Below are positions 22,972-35,750 of a DNA stretch of 64,000 nucleotides, in pieces (positions within the stretch are counted from its first letter, which is position 1; each line of letters starts with the position of its first letter). Location of the stretch: assembly GCF_018977255.1 (NCBI RefSeq), contig NW_024704743.1, forward strand, positions 45,882,001 to 45,946,000, given 5' to 3'. The stretch is from Callorhinchus milii (taxonomy: Eukaryota). The notes beneath the pieces are model-generated. The model saw only the letters and a program-made list of their open reading frames with translations, was not told the DNA's origin and ran no database searches. The translations under genes were made by a program, and so were the position numbers.

Positions 22972-25900
22972 TGTCAATCAACATTTCTGGATTTCAACTG
23001 CCTGTTCAGGTGGACATTAAAGATCCCATGATACTATTTAAAAAGAGAAGGAAATCCTGTTTTAGGGAATCCCCACATAAAATTGATAATATTTATGTGA
23101 AATAATAATGATAATTTGGTCACTCAATCCATGACTGTTTGCGGACACTGCTGTGCACCATTGGCTGCAGCATTTAACCAACAAAATATTCAGTATATTC
23201 TGTGAAGTGCTTTGAGACTTCTTAACAACAACAAAATTACATTTGTATAGCAGGTTGTATAGCAGGTTGGTTGTTGAACAGTGATCAACAATGGGAACTC
23301 TGACTAATCTCTCCCATCCCCAGCTCATGCACTAAGGATAATTGCAGTGCTCCAACAAATCAAATCCCTCACTGACTGAGATCAGTTAACACAGGCCAGA
23401 GATCATCTTAGGGGTCTTCCTAATACTTATGCCCCAGTGTCACACAAGGCAGTGGCTTAGCCAACTTTAACAAAATAAGTACCGCAGGCATAGTCAAGCC
23501 TGGATGTTATGAATGCGTGGATGAATGTGTGTATGAGTGTGATAAGGCGGTATATCAAATGCAAAGATTATTATTATCATTCACTTGATTGCTGTTTGTG
23601 GGATACTGCTGTGCACAAATTGATTGCCCCGTTCTCCTGCAATAACATGGTCACTACAATTTATGGTGAAATTCTATAAAACGCTTTGAGACATTCTGAT
23701 AACGTGGCGTGACATCAATCGCTAGAATTATTTATTATTTATTCTCAATCCCTCTGCTAGGTGATGACTGAAGCTGGAGCACAGTGCAACAGATCTCCAG
23801 TACTTCTGCCAAATGGGGAAATGACTTCATATGATGAAAGCTTGTCAGACAGTGCTTCAATGGCAAGTTATGCAGTTTTAGCTGGTTAAATTCCAGCAGT
23901 ACCCCCCAGACACACTGTGAGATCTGCAGACCTTAGCTTTTGCCAGGCTGCACCCAATACTATCTAGGATTAGGTAGGTAATGTAAGTTCTGTCAGGGAG
24001 AGAATGCACATTTCCATATGTGGAATTCTCAGTTTGGATACTCTTAAGCATGGTGATGTGTTTCCGCATATATCAGACACCCAGCTGACCAAAACCCCCC
24101 GAACAAATATAACTTCCCTACTGTCATCTTGCTATGATCAGCTATCTGAACACAAATCAGCAATTGAATATAGGACCAAGAAAATCAAATTGAGTGTTAT
24201 TGAGGATCTAGGGATACATTTTGATTGAAAGTACTTCCATCCAGTTTCAGGATTATTCTGCTTCAAACGAATAAACTGAACAATACATTTCAAGCTTTTT
24301 GTTTAAATAAACAATCTGTGAATAATTCTTGCAATTGATATAGCATCTATCATATCGTCAGCTGGTAGGTGTAGCTGGGCTAACTCTGAGTCAGAAGGTT
24401 GTGGGGTTAAGCCCCACATTTGAACTTTGAACTCACAGGATAGTCCTGGCTGACAATTGAATAAAGCCCTGGGGTTGTGCTGCATTGCTAGAGGTACACT
24501 GCTTTGGTTGAGTTGTTAAACTAAGATATTGTCTGTCTGTTCAGGTATCCTGTCAACAATCCCTCAGATTACATTGATCATTCATTCTATGTCTGTTTGT
24601 GGGGCATTGCTTAATTTTATGCGTACAGAATGCCATCATTGCACCTTGATGTAAATCCTATGTTGTTCTCTGAAACATTCTACCACTGTGAAAGACAGAA
24701 TATCAAATTCAAGGATTATTATTATTATTCCATTGAAATGTCTCAAAGCAATTCACAGAGAATTGCTGTCAATTTGCACACAGCAAGATCCCACAAACAA
24801 TCACGAAGTCCTGTTGTGTAGGATTTCTGGCTGGAAGACTGGGAGAAACTCCCTTTTCTTTTTGAATCATGTCACAGGATTGTTAACGTCGATCTGAATA
24901 AGCAAATGAGACATTGATTAATGTCTCTTCCGAAGGTTGGAACATTTGACAATGCAGCATTCTTTCAGGACTGTACTGAATTGTCAGCTTCGACTGGGAA
25001 CTCAAAGTAGGAAATAACCCCAAAAAGATTTAAAATTTTACTCAGAGGGGAAAATGCCACTAAATGAACTAGGCAAACACACAAAAATCAATTTGACCTC
25101 CATGTTTCGCCCACTAAATACACAGTCAATTCACTTCACAGTATATTCTGTGAAGTGCTTTGAGACGTCTCGTGGACATTATAAAGCACTATATCAAATG
25201 TAAAGATTATGTATTAATATAAAACCGTCAAAATAAATGTTAGAAGAAGGCTGCATAATTTAGTATATTTGGAGTTTAGGTGAAAAAAAGCAGGACATGT
25301 CAGAGGAGCAATAATTAAGGGTGTATACTGATAAAATAAAGACAGAAAGGTCATGACATAGAGAGGCTGGCAGAGAGGTTATTGCAAATATATGACTTAA
25401 ATGGGTAAAATAACCTGAATTTAACACATAGTCACATAATAAATTGTGAGATAGTATAATTCGTCTTTGGGCACCAAATCTAATCCAATGCAATAGAATT
25501 TAAAAGGCATAAATTAAATCTGCAGAACATTAGAATCTTTCTGATTATCTTTATATTTAATTTGTACAAAATTACATTGTAAACTCCAAATCTGGAGAAA
25601 ATATTGGTAGGGAATCATACATAAGTTATTCATTTCACATTTTTTAACGGCAAGTACTATTGTTTTTCCTCCATATATGAGAGCTGCAACAACATTTAAA
25701 AAATGCTCTGAACAAGTATAAATGTGTATTTTTTAGTAGACACATCTCAATATGTAATTTTCTAATGGTGAGCCTCTCTGTCTGAAATGATATACTCTAC
25801 TTGTGTGCATGCAAGACTGCATTCATGAGTGTATTCCTGATTAATCTGTCTGCAGATGCCACGCGGTGTAATTTCACACTACTGTGGTTGTTAAAATGGA

Positions 25901-26429
25901 TTGCAGTGTCAAATAAATGTCTTTAATGCTAGTCATGTTACATTTCCATCAATGTTTGTTAATTACACTCCATGGACAACAATATTTGTAATATGTTCAT
26001 CTTGTTAGTTCTAAAGTAAACCCATACTCCTGTAGCTGTTCAAGCAGAGAGCACCACAGTGCATTGGAACTACCAAAGAGACACTAGGGATGAGCTCTCA
26101 ACTAAATTTGGAATTAGAACTGATCCAAATTGGTCTGCAAGATTATCTTGCAAATGTTTGAAATATTATTGGACTTCAATCCTTCATATTCACATGCATC
26201 TATCACTTCATGAATAGTGACAACATGTTGTTTGATTTTTCCAGTTTGTGTCTAATCTGTGCATGTAAATCATGTTTGTATCTGCACACTCAAAGTTTTA
26301 CAAAGTCTTCTTCAGTTTATTCTAGTCTATCTGGAAGGCAATGATCGGCTGGTGTTGAGTTGCAGTTTTTGCTGTGCTTTATCTGCAATTATCCTGTGAA
26401 TTTTGTGTTAGTCTTGTTCATGCCTTCCA

Positions 26430-27009
26430 CCACCTCCAGGTTCGACTATGCAAACGCCCTGCTTGTTGGCCTTCCCAACTCCTCCCTCCACAGGCTGCAG
26501 ATAATCCAGAACTCTGCAGCCCATGTCCTCTCCCGCACCAATCTCCGTGACCCCATCTCCCCCACTCTCGCCTGACTCCACTGGCTCCCTGTCTTTCAAA
26601 GGATCCAGTTCAAAATCCTGGTCCTCACATACAAAGCCCTCTATGGCCTCGCTCCACCCTATCTCTGCGACCTCCTAACCCCCTACCAACCCGCCCGTTC
26701 CATCTGCTCAGCCGACTCTGGCCTGCTCCACGTCCCCCGACTCACCCACCCCACCATTGGCAGGAGAGCCTTCAGCCAACCTCTGGAATTCCATCCCCCA
26801 GTCACTCTGCCTCACCCCCTCCTTAGCCTCCTTCAAGTCCCACTTGAAGACCCTCCTCTTAGACCATGTCATTGGCCACCCCCCTTCCCCTCCCCTCCCT
26901 TACCCCCCCAACCCCAGCTCGGGTCTGAAATGCTGTACTCTGTCCAGCACCTTGGGACATCCTCCCGACATGAAAGGCGCTATGCAAATGTGATCTTGTT
27001 GTTGTTGTA
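26430..27009 (+). mobile_element. L2 3' fragment, same subfamily as 10971-11580
   Basis: TSRFDYANALLVGLPNSSLHRLQIIQNSAAHVL; same 3'UTR (CCCCAGCTCGGGTCTGAAATGCTGTACTC) and (TTG)n tail. Confidence 0.9.
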
Positions 27010-28824
27010 GTCAAACATAGGCTATTTGATTCCCTGACCTACTGGAGTATCAATCTATTGCTTACAGGTAAATTAAGCGCCTGATTCTCAGGCCTACCTG
27101 TTGGTTCCCACGATATGTAGCTTTCCTGGGAACAGAAGAAATGTATCCGATTCCCTATTTCTCCAGGGGAGGTTGCCTCTGATTCTTTTGGATGTATCTA
27201 TACCTGGGGTCTACATAACACAATTCACGATTTACTTTTATATAGTGCCTTTCACATCGAGAGGACATTCCAAAGCGCTTGGCAATTCTGTCTGGGAACC
27301 GGAGCCCCAGGTTATAGCTGAGGGGGGTGAGGAAGGGAAAGATGACCGCAGTCGAGGTTGAAAAGGTACGTTTTGAGGCCTACCTTGAGAGAGGAGGAGG
27401 GAGCAAGTCCCTGGGAATGGAGTTCCATTGTGCTTATTGTGAAGTGTAGTGACTGTATTTGTAAACAATTATGGCACCCAATTTGCACAAGCATTGTCCC
27501 ACAGTCAGCTGTGAAGTGAGTAACCACTTTTACCTGGAGAATGTTGGCCAGGTCACAGGGAGAATCATCTTTCTATTTTCAAAATAGTACTATCCAATCT
27601 TTAATGACCACCTAATCAGGTAGATGGGACCTCAATTTATTGTTTCATCCGAAGGATGGAACCTCTGAGTGTCAGCCTAGATTGTGAGCTCAAAGTCCCG
27701 ACGTGGGGTTTGAACTCATTATTTTCTGACTCTGAAGCAAGAGTGTTACCAACTGTGGCCTTTCACAATTCTTTTAATGCAATTGGAATATGATTATCTT
27801 AATTTAGATGTGCATTTAATCAAATTTCTCATTCTATTTGATACTGTTCCATGGTGTGTACTAGTAATATGCAACTAAATAGTAGAATTATACTGTTTTG
27901 GGATTCTCTTTTCACAATTTCTGTTTGTAATGAAGGTTCTGATCACACTTTTATGGCAGAGAGGTGCCCTTCAGTCAAGAAAAGTCTGTTGCTTACCAGC
28001 GCAGAAGTGTCAAAGTAGTGGTTTTAGTGGTAAACCATCTACATTTTAAATTCTGCTTTCTGAGAGATGTTGCAAATTTATTTTTACAATTTAAAGAGCT
28101 AATGTGCTCATGAACAAAAGTATTCTGCAACTGTTCCTTGCAGTGGGAGAAAATGAATTCCATCTGAACTGTAACATTTCTGACAATGCAGTTCCCACAA
28201 CAAGCCCACATCAGGATTTGGAACCCATAAGGTCTAGGCTGCCACTCCAATGTAGTGCTGGGGTTGTGCTGCATTGTTGGAGGTGCCATCCTTCAGATAA
28301 GATATTGTTCCATGGCCCCGTCTGCCTGTTCAGGACATTAAAAATCCCACAAACAATTTGAGAAAAGAACAGAGTTTCTCCTGGTGCCCAAGTCAACAAA
28401 CCGCCAAATAAAACTGATCATCCACTCAATGGCTGTTTGTGAAACATTACTGTAAGCAAATGACTCACCCACAAAGAGAGTTACTCCACTTTACAATATA
28501 TTCTGTGAAGCGCTTTGACGTGAAATGCAACTGAAAAAATTTGTATTATTATATTATTATTACTGAGTCGGTGAAAGGGATCACAACCATGCACAATGTA
28601 AATCAAGCCCAATTTTCATGCTCAGATATTTTCAACAGTTATCACTGAACGGTTATCAGAAGTGGAGAACCTGGTTCCTTTTTTTCTTCCATAGTCTTCA
28701 TTTTGGCACCCCAGCAGTGGCACATCTCATTTCAGCACAAACCAGGCATTGATGTTGCAATATTCCTGGTCTCTATAACAATAATAATAATAATCATAGA
28801 ATCTTAGAATCATCGCCTTAGAAT

Positions 28825-29148
28825 GGAGTCCTGTAGCTCAGTGGTTAGAGCACTCGCTTTGCAAGTGAGAGACCTGAGTTCAATTCCAGACAGGGTGAAA
28901 CCTTGGGCAAGTTTCCTTACTCCACACATCTAATAATAATCCCTCCAAAAACAAAACAATAATAAATTGGTCATTTTCAATCCACGACTGTTTGTGGGAC
29001 ACTTCTGTGCGCAATTGGCTGCTGTGTTTCGCACACAAATATACAGTCAATTCACTTTACAGTATATTCTGTGAAGTGCTTTGAGACATCTAGAAGACGT
29101 GAAAAGCGCTATATCAAATGCAAGGATTATTATTATTATTATTATTAT
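28825..29148 (+). mobile_element. Full-length tRNA-Ala SINE, inserted in a minus-strand CR1 3' tail
   Basis: Same structure as 16765-17088. Flanks (catagaatcttagaat / gcagcacagaaggagccatttggccc) are CR1 tail sequence. Confidence 0.9.
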
Positions 29149-30349
29149 AGCATATTGCAGCACAGAAGGAGCCATTTGGCCCATTGTACCTGTGCAGGCT
29201 CTTTGGAAGAGCTACCCATTCTGTCCCACTCCCCCACTCTTTCCCCATACCCCTGCAAATTTTTCCTCTTCAAGTGCCTTGAAGTTCCTTTTCAAGTATC
29301 TTAAACCTTGCATTCGATCTAACATCTTATCACACCATCAAAACATCTCAAAGGGTTTCACTGAATTTGCTGTAGAGAGTAGTGACTGCGTATTATATAG
29401 GCAAATATAGTAGTCAATTTTGTATCCATCAATAATCCACAAAGAGCCATAAAATGATCAATTTTAATTGGAAGATTATTGGACAGGATACTGGGAGAAA
29501 CTCCCTTCTCTTTTTAAATAGTGCCATATGATCTTTGACCTACACCTGAATAGATGTCTCATTGAAAGGATAGCAGCTCCCAATGATGTAGTGCTTTCCC
29601 AAGCAAAGCATTAGAATGTCAAAGACGATGAACTCAGTCTTGATGTGGTTCTTGAACCCACAACTTTCTGACTCAAAAGTGAGAATGCAACCAACTGAGC
29701 CAGGCTGACACTTTCTGTATTCATTCCTGAGCCATCCGTAAAGCTGCAATTATTTTTATACTATATCACACCCAGCAGTTCTTTAACGCATCTTTTTGTA
29801 TGTGTCCATTTCCCGTATGAAGCCAGGTGGCCACATGTATTTTAGGTGTGCACTAAAATAATGGATTTGGAAAACTCCTTCCCATATTCTTTGTCAGGAA
29901 CACTATAAAATGCAGTAATCTCCATGTAGATGGAAACACTGCTGGGGTACTGCTGGAGCATCTAAGACAAACATTGTTTTAAACATTTCAAACAACAAAC
30001 AGGAAGAATGCCCTCTGGAGGATGGATAAAGATTGATGTTTGCTGCTTTACAACAACGGAAGTCACGTTCACCAATAATTATGTTGAAAAGACTGCAGAA
30101 AAAAATAAAGTTCAAAGTTTGCACACATATTTTACACTACTTAAAGTATCAGCCAACATTGTAGGAGGTGTTACTGGGTGGGGGGGAGGGGGAGGGGGTA
30201 ATGAAAAAGGTGTGATTCAGTTGGCAGAACCTTTACAAACAAAGGCCAAAACACCAGAAGTGCACTGCTTTCCACACAGCTAATAACACTTGAGTTCAGC
30301 AGCTTGAGATACTTCAGTCGGAAATGCAATATTCACAAAACGAAACCAT

Positions 30350-30643
30350 AGGCAAGTTTCCTTACTCCACACGCTTCTGTTTACTTAGCAGTAAGTAGGA
30401 AGTTGTTAGTCGATTGGTGGATTGCTTTTCCGGTGGTAATAATACCTTCATAAATAATAATAATAATTTGGTCATTTATTCCACGACTGTTTGTGGGACA
30501 CTGCTGTGTGCAATCGGCTGCCGCGTTTCGCCCACAAACTATACAGTCAATTTACTTTAGAGTATATTCTGTGAAGCGCTTTGAGACGTCTCGCAAACAT
30601 GATAAGGAGCTATATCAAAATCAAAGATTATTATTTTTATTAT
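30350..30643 (+). mobile_element. 5'-truncated long-variant SINE
   Basis: GGCAAGTTTCCTTACTCCACACGCTTCTGTTTACTTAGCAGTAAGTAGG, then Deu-like segment and tail. Confidence 0.8.
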
Positions 30644-30651
30644 TTGTTAGG

Positions 30652-30874
30652 TTAATTGCAAGTTCCAGTTTGTGAATATTATGCTTGTGAAATTCACGGC
30701 GTGATCTGTGAATGGAGAATGAATTGCAAGCCAGCAAATTCCAAGAAAGGCCGGTCTCTCTCGCCTGGGTTTTGTTTGCTAGCCTTTTTTCTGACTTTAC
30801 TGGCTTGGAACTCGATTCGTAAATCTCGCTGTGAATTTCACAAATCAATATTCGCATCCAGAAGTTGCAATTAA
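30652..30874. repeat. ~220-bp imperfect palindrome (foldback / MITE-like)
   Basis: Left arm TTAATTGCAAGTTCCAGTTTGTGAATATTATGCTTGTGAAATTCACGGCG...CAAGCCAGCAAA...AAAGGCCGG pairs with the right arm, whose reverse complement is TTAATTGCAACTTCTGGATGCGAATATTGATTTGTGAAATTCACAGCG...CAAGCCAGTAAA...AAAGGCTAG. Confidence 0.85.
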
Positions 30875-32666
30875 AGCAACAAATCCTGTTGGCAAAATCA
30901 TGTGTTAAACCCATTGAACATCGAACTATTTGCCACCAATGCAGGCTTATGCTGCATTCATTATCTTCTTAAAAATTTATATAGCTAAGTATCTGGTTAG
31001 AAACAAGATTGTAGATTATGCCTCAGCTAACATTTACATTTGATATAATACTTCATTGCATCAAAACATTTTAAAGTGTTTTGCACAATGAGCTACTGTA
31101 CTTACACTTATATTGTGCCTTTCATAGAATCATAGATATTTACAATAGGAGACCAGTCAGTCCATTGAGTCTGTACAGGCCGGGTTCTCAGAACAAGCTG
31201 CATTTTTATCCCATTGCCCTTCCCTATCCCTTTACCCTTTCAAGCCTCTAACCTTCGTAAACCTGTCTACTTCCCTCTTGAAACTCATAATGCCTCTACC
31301 AACTTATTTGGCAGGCCAGCTAGATATATCCCACAGACCCCACTCGGATAAATAACAACTTAATTTGGTTTTGATTAATTTAAATGAAGCAGGAATATCA
31401 GCTTGTAAACAGAGACCTATTAACAGGAAGAACGTTCTACCTTCTTCAGTGGTGTTGAATCTTTAACCTCGCTTGAACTATTAACAACACCAACAACAAC
31501 AATTTGCATTTTCACTATCAGCATCAACAGTAAAGATCTTGACTTAACAGCTCATTCAAAAGATAGCACCGTCAACACTTCAGGACTCCCTCAGTTCTCC
31601 ACTGGAGATTCAGTCTACATCTGAGCTCTTCATTTGACAATGACATAATTATTGTCATGTTAGCCATGAACTATAAACTCGCCACCACCCAAAGATTTCT
31701 CCAAACATTTGAAACTTTGTTTCATTATTTGAAAGGTTTATTCTATGAGCTCTCAACTTAAGTAAAAACAGAAGCTCGAAATCCCACGTGAAAACTTATC
31801 CTTATCTTTAAATCCATTCTGAAAACCTTCCTCTTCAATTACGCATATGGTCAACGGCCTCTTTTCTTCTCACTTGCTTGGTGTCCAACTCCTGCAGAGT
31901 ACAGTACTCTGAGATGTTAACCAACGTGAAGGGTGTTGCATAAATGCCAGTTGCAACTGCTGTCGTTGAAATTTGCAACCCCAGTACAAGCATGTGGATA
32001 ATATAATGCTATATGATATTGGCCATCAAAACATATCATAAGTCTCTTTGGGGCCATCTGGACTTTGGGTTATTTCAGCCACACTGAAAGTATGCAGAAG
32101 AATGATGTCATGCACTCTCTGTATATTTAACATTGAATTGTATTATGGAGTAATCCAAATCAATCTTGTATTTGCATCTATAATATCAAAATCTCTTGAA
32201 ATCCTTTACAGTGAGTTGCTGTAAAGTGTAGTGACTGCATTTAATAATAATATTAGTAGTAGGTGAATGCAGTTTTAACACATGATGTAGATGGGTACAA
32301 ATCATCTGCAAACATATTGCTGTGAGAAGCCACTTGCTAAAAGAACCCCATTCCCTCCTCCTCAGCAATTGATGTGTAAAATGAATAAATGTTGTGGCTC
32401 TATAACATAGCCTCACTGAATTGCTCAATGCATTGGAAAACTGATGTGTGACTTATTCTACTCAAATCACCTGATGTGACCTTAATGAATGATTCAGTCA
32501 CGAAACATATTACAGCTGCAATAATCGTCACAGCTACTGCAAGATCTGGAATGATGGTCACAGTGACTGGGGGAGGTTGGGGGTGGGGGTGGGGAGGAGA
32601 TGTAGTGGCAGAGGTTGGAAGAGGTGCCAGAGGTCAGGCAAAACAGAGCGATAGAGTGTCCAGATA

Positions 32667-33078
32667 TAATAATAATAATCCTTGCATTTGTTATAGTGCG
32701 AGTCCCAAAGTGCTTCACGGCATGTATTGTAAGCTAGAGTGACTGTGTATTTGTCGGCAAACATGGCAGCCCAATTGTGGGCAATAATGTCCCACAAACA
32801 GTCATGATCCGAATTACCATTTTTTTTAATTTGGAGGATTGTTGGCCAGGTCACCATGAGAAATTCCCTTTTCTTTTTGAGTAGTGCCCTGGGATCTTTA
32901 ACATCCACTTCAACAGGCAGAGGGGATCTTGTTTTTTTAACAACTCATCCAAAAGACAGCACCTCTGATAATGCAGCACATTAGATTGGAGTTGTGAGTT
33001 CACATCCCGACATGAGGCTTGGACCTACAAACTTTTGACTCAGAGTCGAGAGTGCTACCAACAGAGCCAGGCTGACAT
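32667..33078 (-). mobile_element. Older Deu-domain tRNA SINE
   Basis: Head TGTCAGCCTGGCTCTGTTGGTAGCACTCTCGACTCTGAGTCA, Deu core and (ATT)n tail. Similar copies, approximate coordinates: 12790-13080(+), 19590-19890(+), 20160-20490(-), 24360-24730(+), 24740-25080(-), 27430-27760(-), 28170-28560(+), 29310-29710(-), 38895-39285(+), 46270-46590(-), 59805-60210(-). Confidence 0.75.
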
Positions 33079-33251
33079 ATGCAGGGTGTAAAGGATAATC
33101 TGAGGTTAAACATGAGGTTACAATGCTGACTGCAAACTGGAAATATGCTGTCTATTATAATACATTTCAGCCAAGTGACAAACTTGGTTAAGTCATGGAA
33201 TGGTATATAATTCTCTACTTTTAAATACTGGTGAGCTGCTTTCCTTTAACG

Positions 33252-34525
33252 TTAGAATACATTAGAATATAAAGCACAGAAACAGGCTGAATCAGCCCAA
33301 CTGGTCTATGCCGGTGTTTATGTTCCACATGAGCCTCCTCCTGCCCTTCCTTAACTAAGCCTTCAAGCATAACCTTCTATTCCTTTCGCCCTCATGTACC
33401 TATCAAGCTTTCCCTTAAATACATCTATGCTATTTGCCTCAACAACTCCTTGTGGTAGCATGTTCCACACTCCCACTACTCTTTGTGTGAAGAAATTTCT
33501 TCTAACTTCCCTATTTGATCTATTTGTGACTATTGTATATTGATGGCCCCTGGTTTTGGTCTCCCCCACAAGTGGAAACATCTTACCTATGTCTACCCTA
33601 TCAAAACCTGTATCATTTTAAAGATCTCTATCAGGCCACCCCTTACATGAAGCATGTTCAGCCTTTCCCAATAGGTATAACCTCTCAGTTCTGGGATCAT
33701 CCTTGTAATTCCCCTTTGCACCCTCTCCAGTGCCTCTACATCCCTTCTATAATGTGAGAACCAGAACTGCACATAGTATTCTAATATGGTCTAACCTCGG
33801 TTCTATAAAGTTTACCATAACTTCCCTGCTTTTCATTTCTATTCCTCTAGAAATGAACCCCAATGCCTGGTTTGCTTTTTTTATGGCTTTATTAACCTGC
33901 GTTGCTACTTTTAATGAATTGTGTATATGTATCCCTAGGTCCCTTTGCTCCTCTACCCTATTTAGGTTTTTATTTTCCAGGATGTATGTGACTTCCTTAT
34001 TCCTTCTACCAAAATGTACCACCTCACACTTTTCTACATTGAAATGCATTGCCATTTAAATGCCCATTCAGCAAGTTTATTAATGTCTTGCTGTGATTTG
34101 TTGCAGCCCGGCTCTGTATTAACTATTCCCCCCAATTTGGTGTCGTCCGCAAATTTTGAAATTGTACTGCTGATTCCCGAAACCAAATCAATAATGTATA
34201 TTGTGAACAACAGAGTCCCAATACCGATCCTTGTGGAAAACCACTGCCCAACCCCTACCAGTCTGAGTAGCTACGCTTTACCCCTACTCTCTGTTTTCTG
34301 TTTTGCAGCCCACTTGCTATCCATTCTGCTATTTATCCCCTGACTCCACATGCTCTGACCTTAATCATTAGTCTATTATGTGGTTCCATATTGAATGTCT
34401 TTTGGAAATCTAAATATATTATATCTACCGTGTTACCCTTGTCTACTCTTTCTGTTACCCCTTCAAAGAATTCAAAGAGGTTGGTCAAGCATGACCTTTC
34501 TTTTTGAAATCTGTGCTGACTATCC
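33252..34525 (-). mobile_element. CR1 LINE 3' fragment, degraded
   Basis: Minus-strand ORFs FNVEKCEVVHFGRRN...QRDLG and MFPLVGETKTRGH...FFTQRVVGVWNMLP; CR1-type 3' tail near 33252-33310. Confidence 0.9.
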
Positions 34526-34751
34526 TTTATTACGTTTATTCCGCCTTTATTCCGCCTTTATTCCGCCTTTATTCCGCCTTGCCCCCTCCCGCCCCACTTT
34601 CAAATCACACCTAAAGACCTTCCTTTTTGATTATACATAAGGTCACCTTCTCCCCTCCCTATCCCCCTGGGAGGTCAGACTCCGCTACTGGCAAGTGCTC
34701 TGGGTCGCTACCCTGTGTGAAGGGCGCTATCTAAATGCAAGTTGTTGTTGT

Positions 34752-35750
34752 TCAGCATCCAAGGCTGCACTCTCCACCTCTCAAAGCCAGTCAGGAACCT
34801 CGGCGTTTTGTTCGACCCTGAGCTGTCCTTTCTCCCTCACATCCGCACCACAACTGGCACCGCCTTCCATCACCTCCGGAACATCGCCAGACTACGGCAT
34901 TACCTCACCCCTCACGCTGCTGAAACTCTGGTCCACGCCTTTATCACCTCAAGGCTGGACTATGGGAACTCTCTCCTCGCCGGCCTTCCCGCCACCTCCC
35001 TCCACAAGCTGCAGGTCATTCAGAACTCTGCAGCTCGTGTACTGTCCCGCACCAGGCTTCAGGAACACATCACTCCCACCCTCGCTCGCCTCCACTGGCT
35101 CCCCATCTCCCAGAGGATCGAATTCAAGATCCTCATCCTCACCTACAAGGCCATTCACGGCCTCGCTCCCTCCTACCTCTCCAACCTACTATCCCCCTAC
35201 CTACCTGCCCGTACCCTCCGTTCCTCTGGCTCCGGTCTGCTCCACATCCCCCGCCCCAACCGCCCTACCATCGGTGGTCGGGCCTTCAGCCTCTCAGCCC
35301 CGAGGCTCTGGAACTCCATCCCCCAGTGCCTTCGCCGCCTCCTCCCTTTCCTCCTTCAAGGCCGGTCTCAAAACCTTTCTCTTTGACCGAGCCTTCAGCT
35401 CCCCTCTCGACTCTCTTCCCCCTCCTCGCTCCCTCCCTTCCCTCCCCTCACCCTGACCATTTCCCCCTTCCTCGCTCCCTCCCTTCCCTCCCCTCACCCT
35501 GACCATTTCCCCCCTCCTCGCTCCCTCCCTTCCCTCCCCTCACCCTGACCATTTCCCCCTCCTCGCTCCCTCCCTTCCCTCCCCTCACCCTGACCATTTC
35601 CCCCCTCCTCTCTCCCTCCCTTCCCTCCCCTCACCCTGACCATTTCCCCCCTGCTCGGGTCATGACCCAACTGTGCAGCGCCTTGGGACGACCTCCTGAC
35701 GTGAAAGGCGCTTTATAAATGGAATCTTGTTGTTGTTGTTGTTGTTGTTG
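34752..35750 (+). mobile_element. Young 5'-truncated L2 LINE, same subfamily as 13446-15103
   Basis: ORF 34742-35386 is almost identical to the C-terminal half of the 13734-15074 ORF, with a small deletion and frameshift near 35337. It has the same five 46-bp 3'UTR repeats and (TTG)n tail, and starts directly after the (TTG)n tail of an older L2 remnant (34580-34751). Confidence 0.95.
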
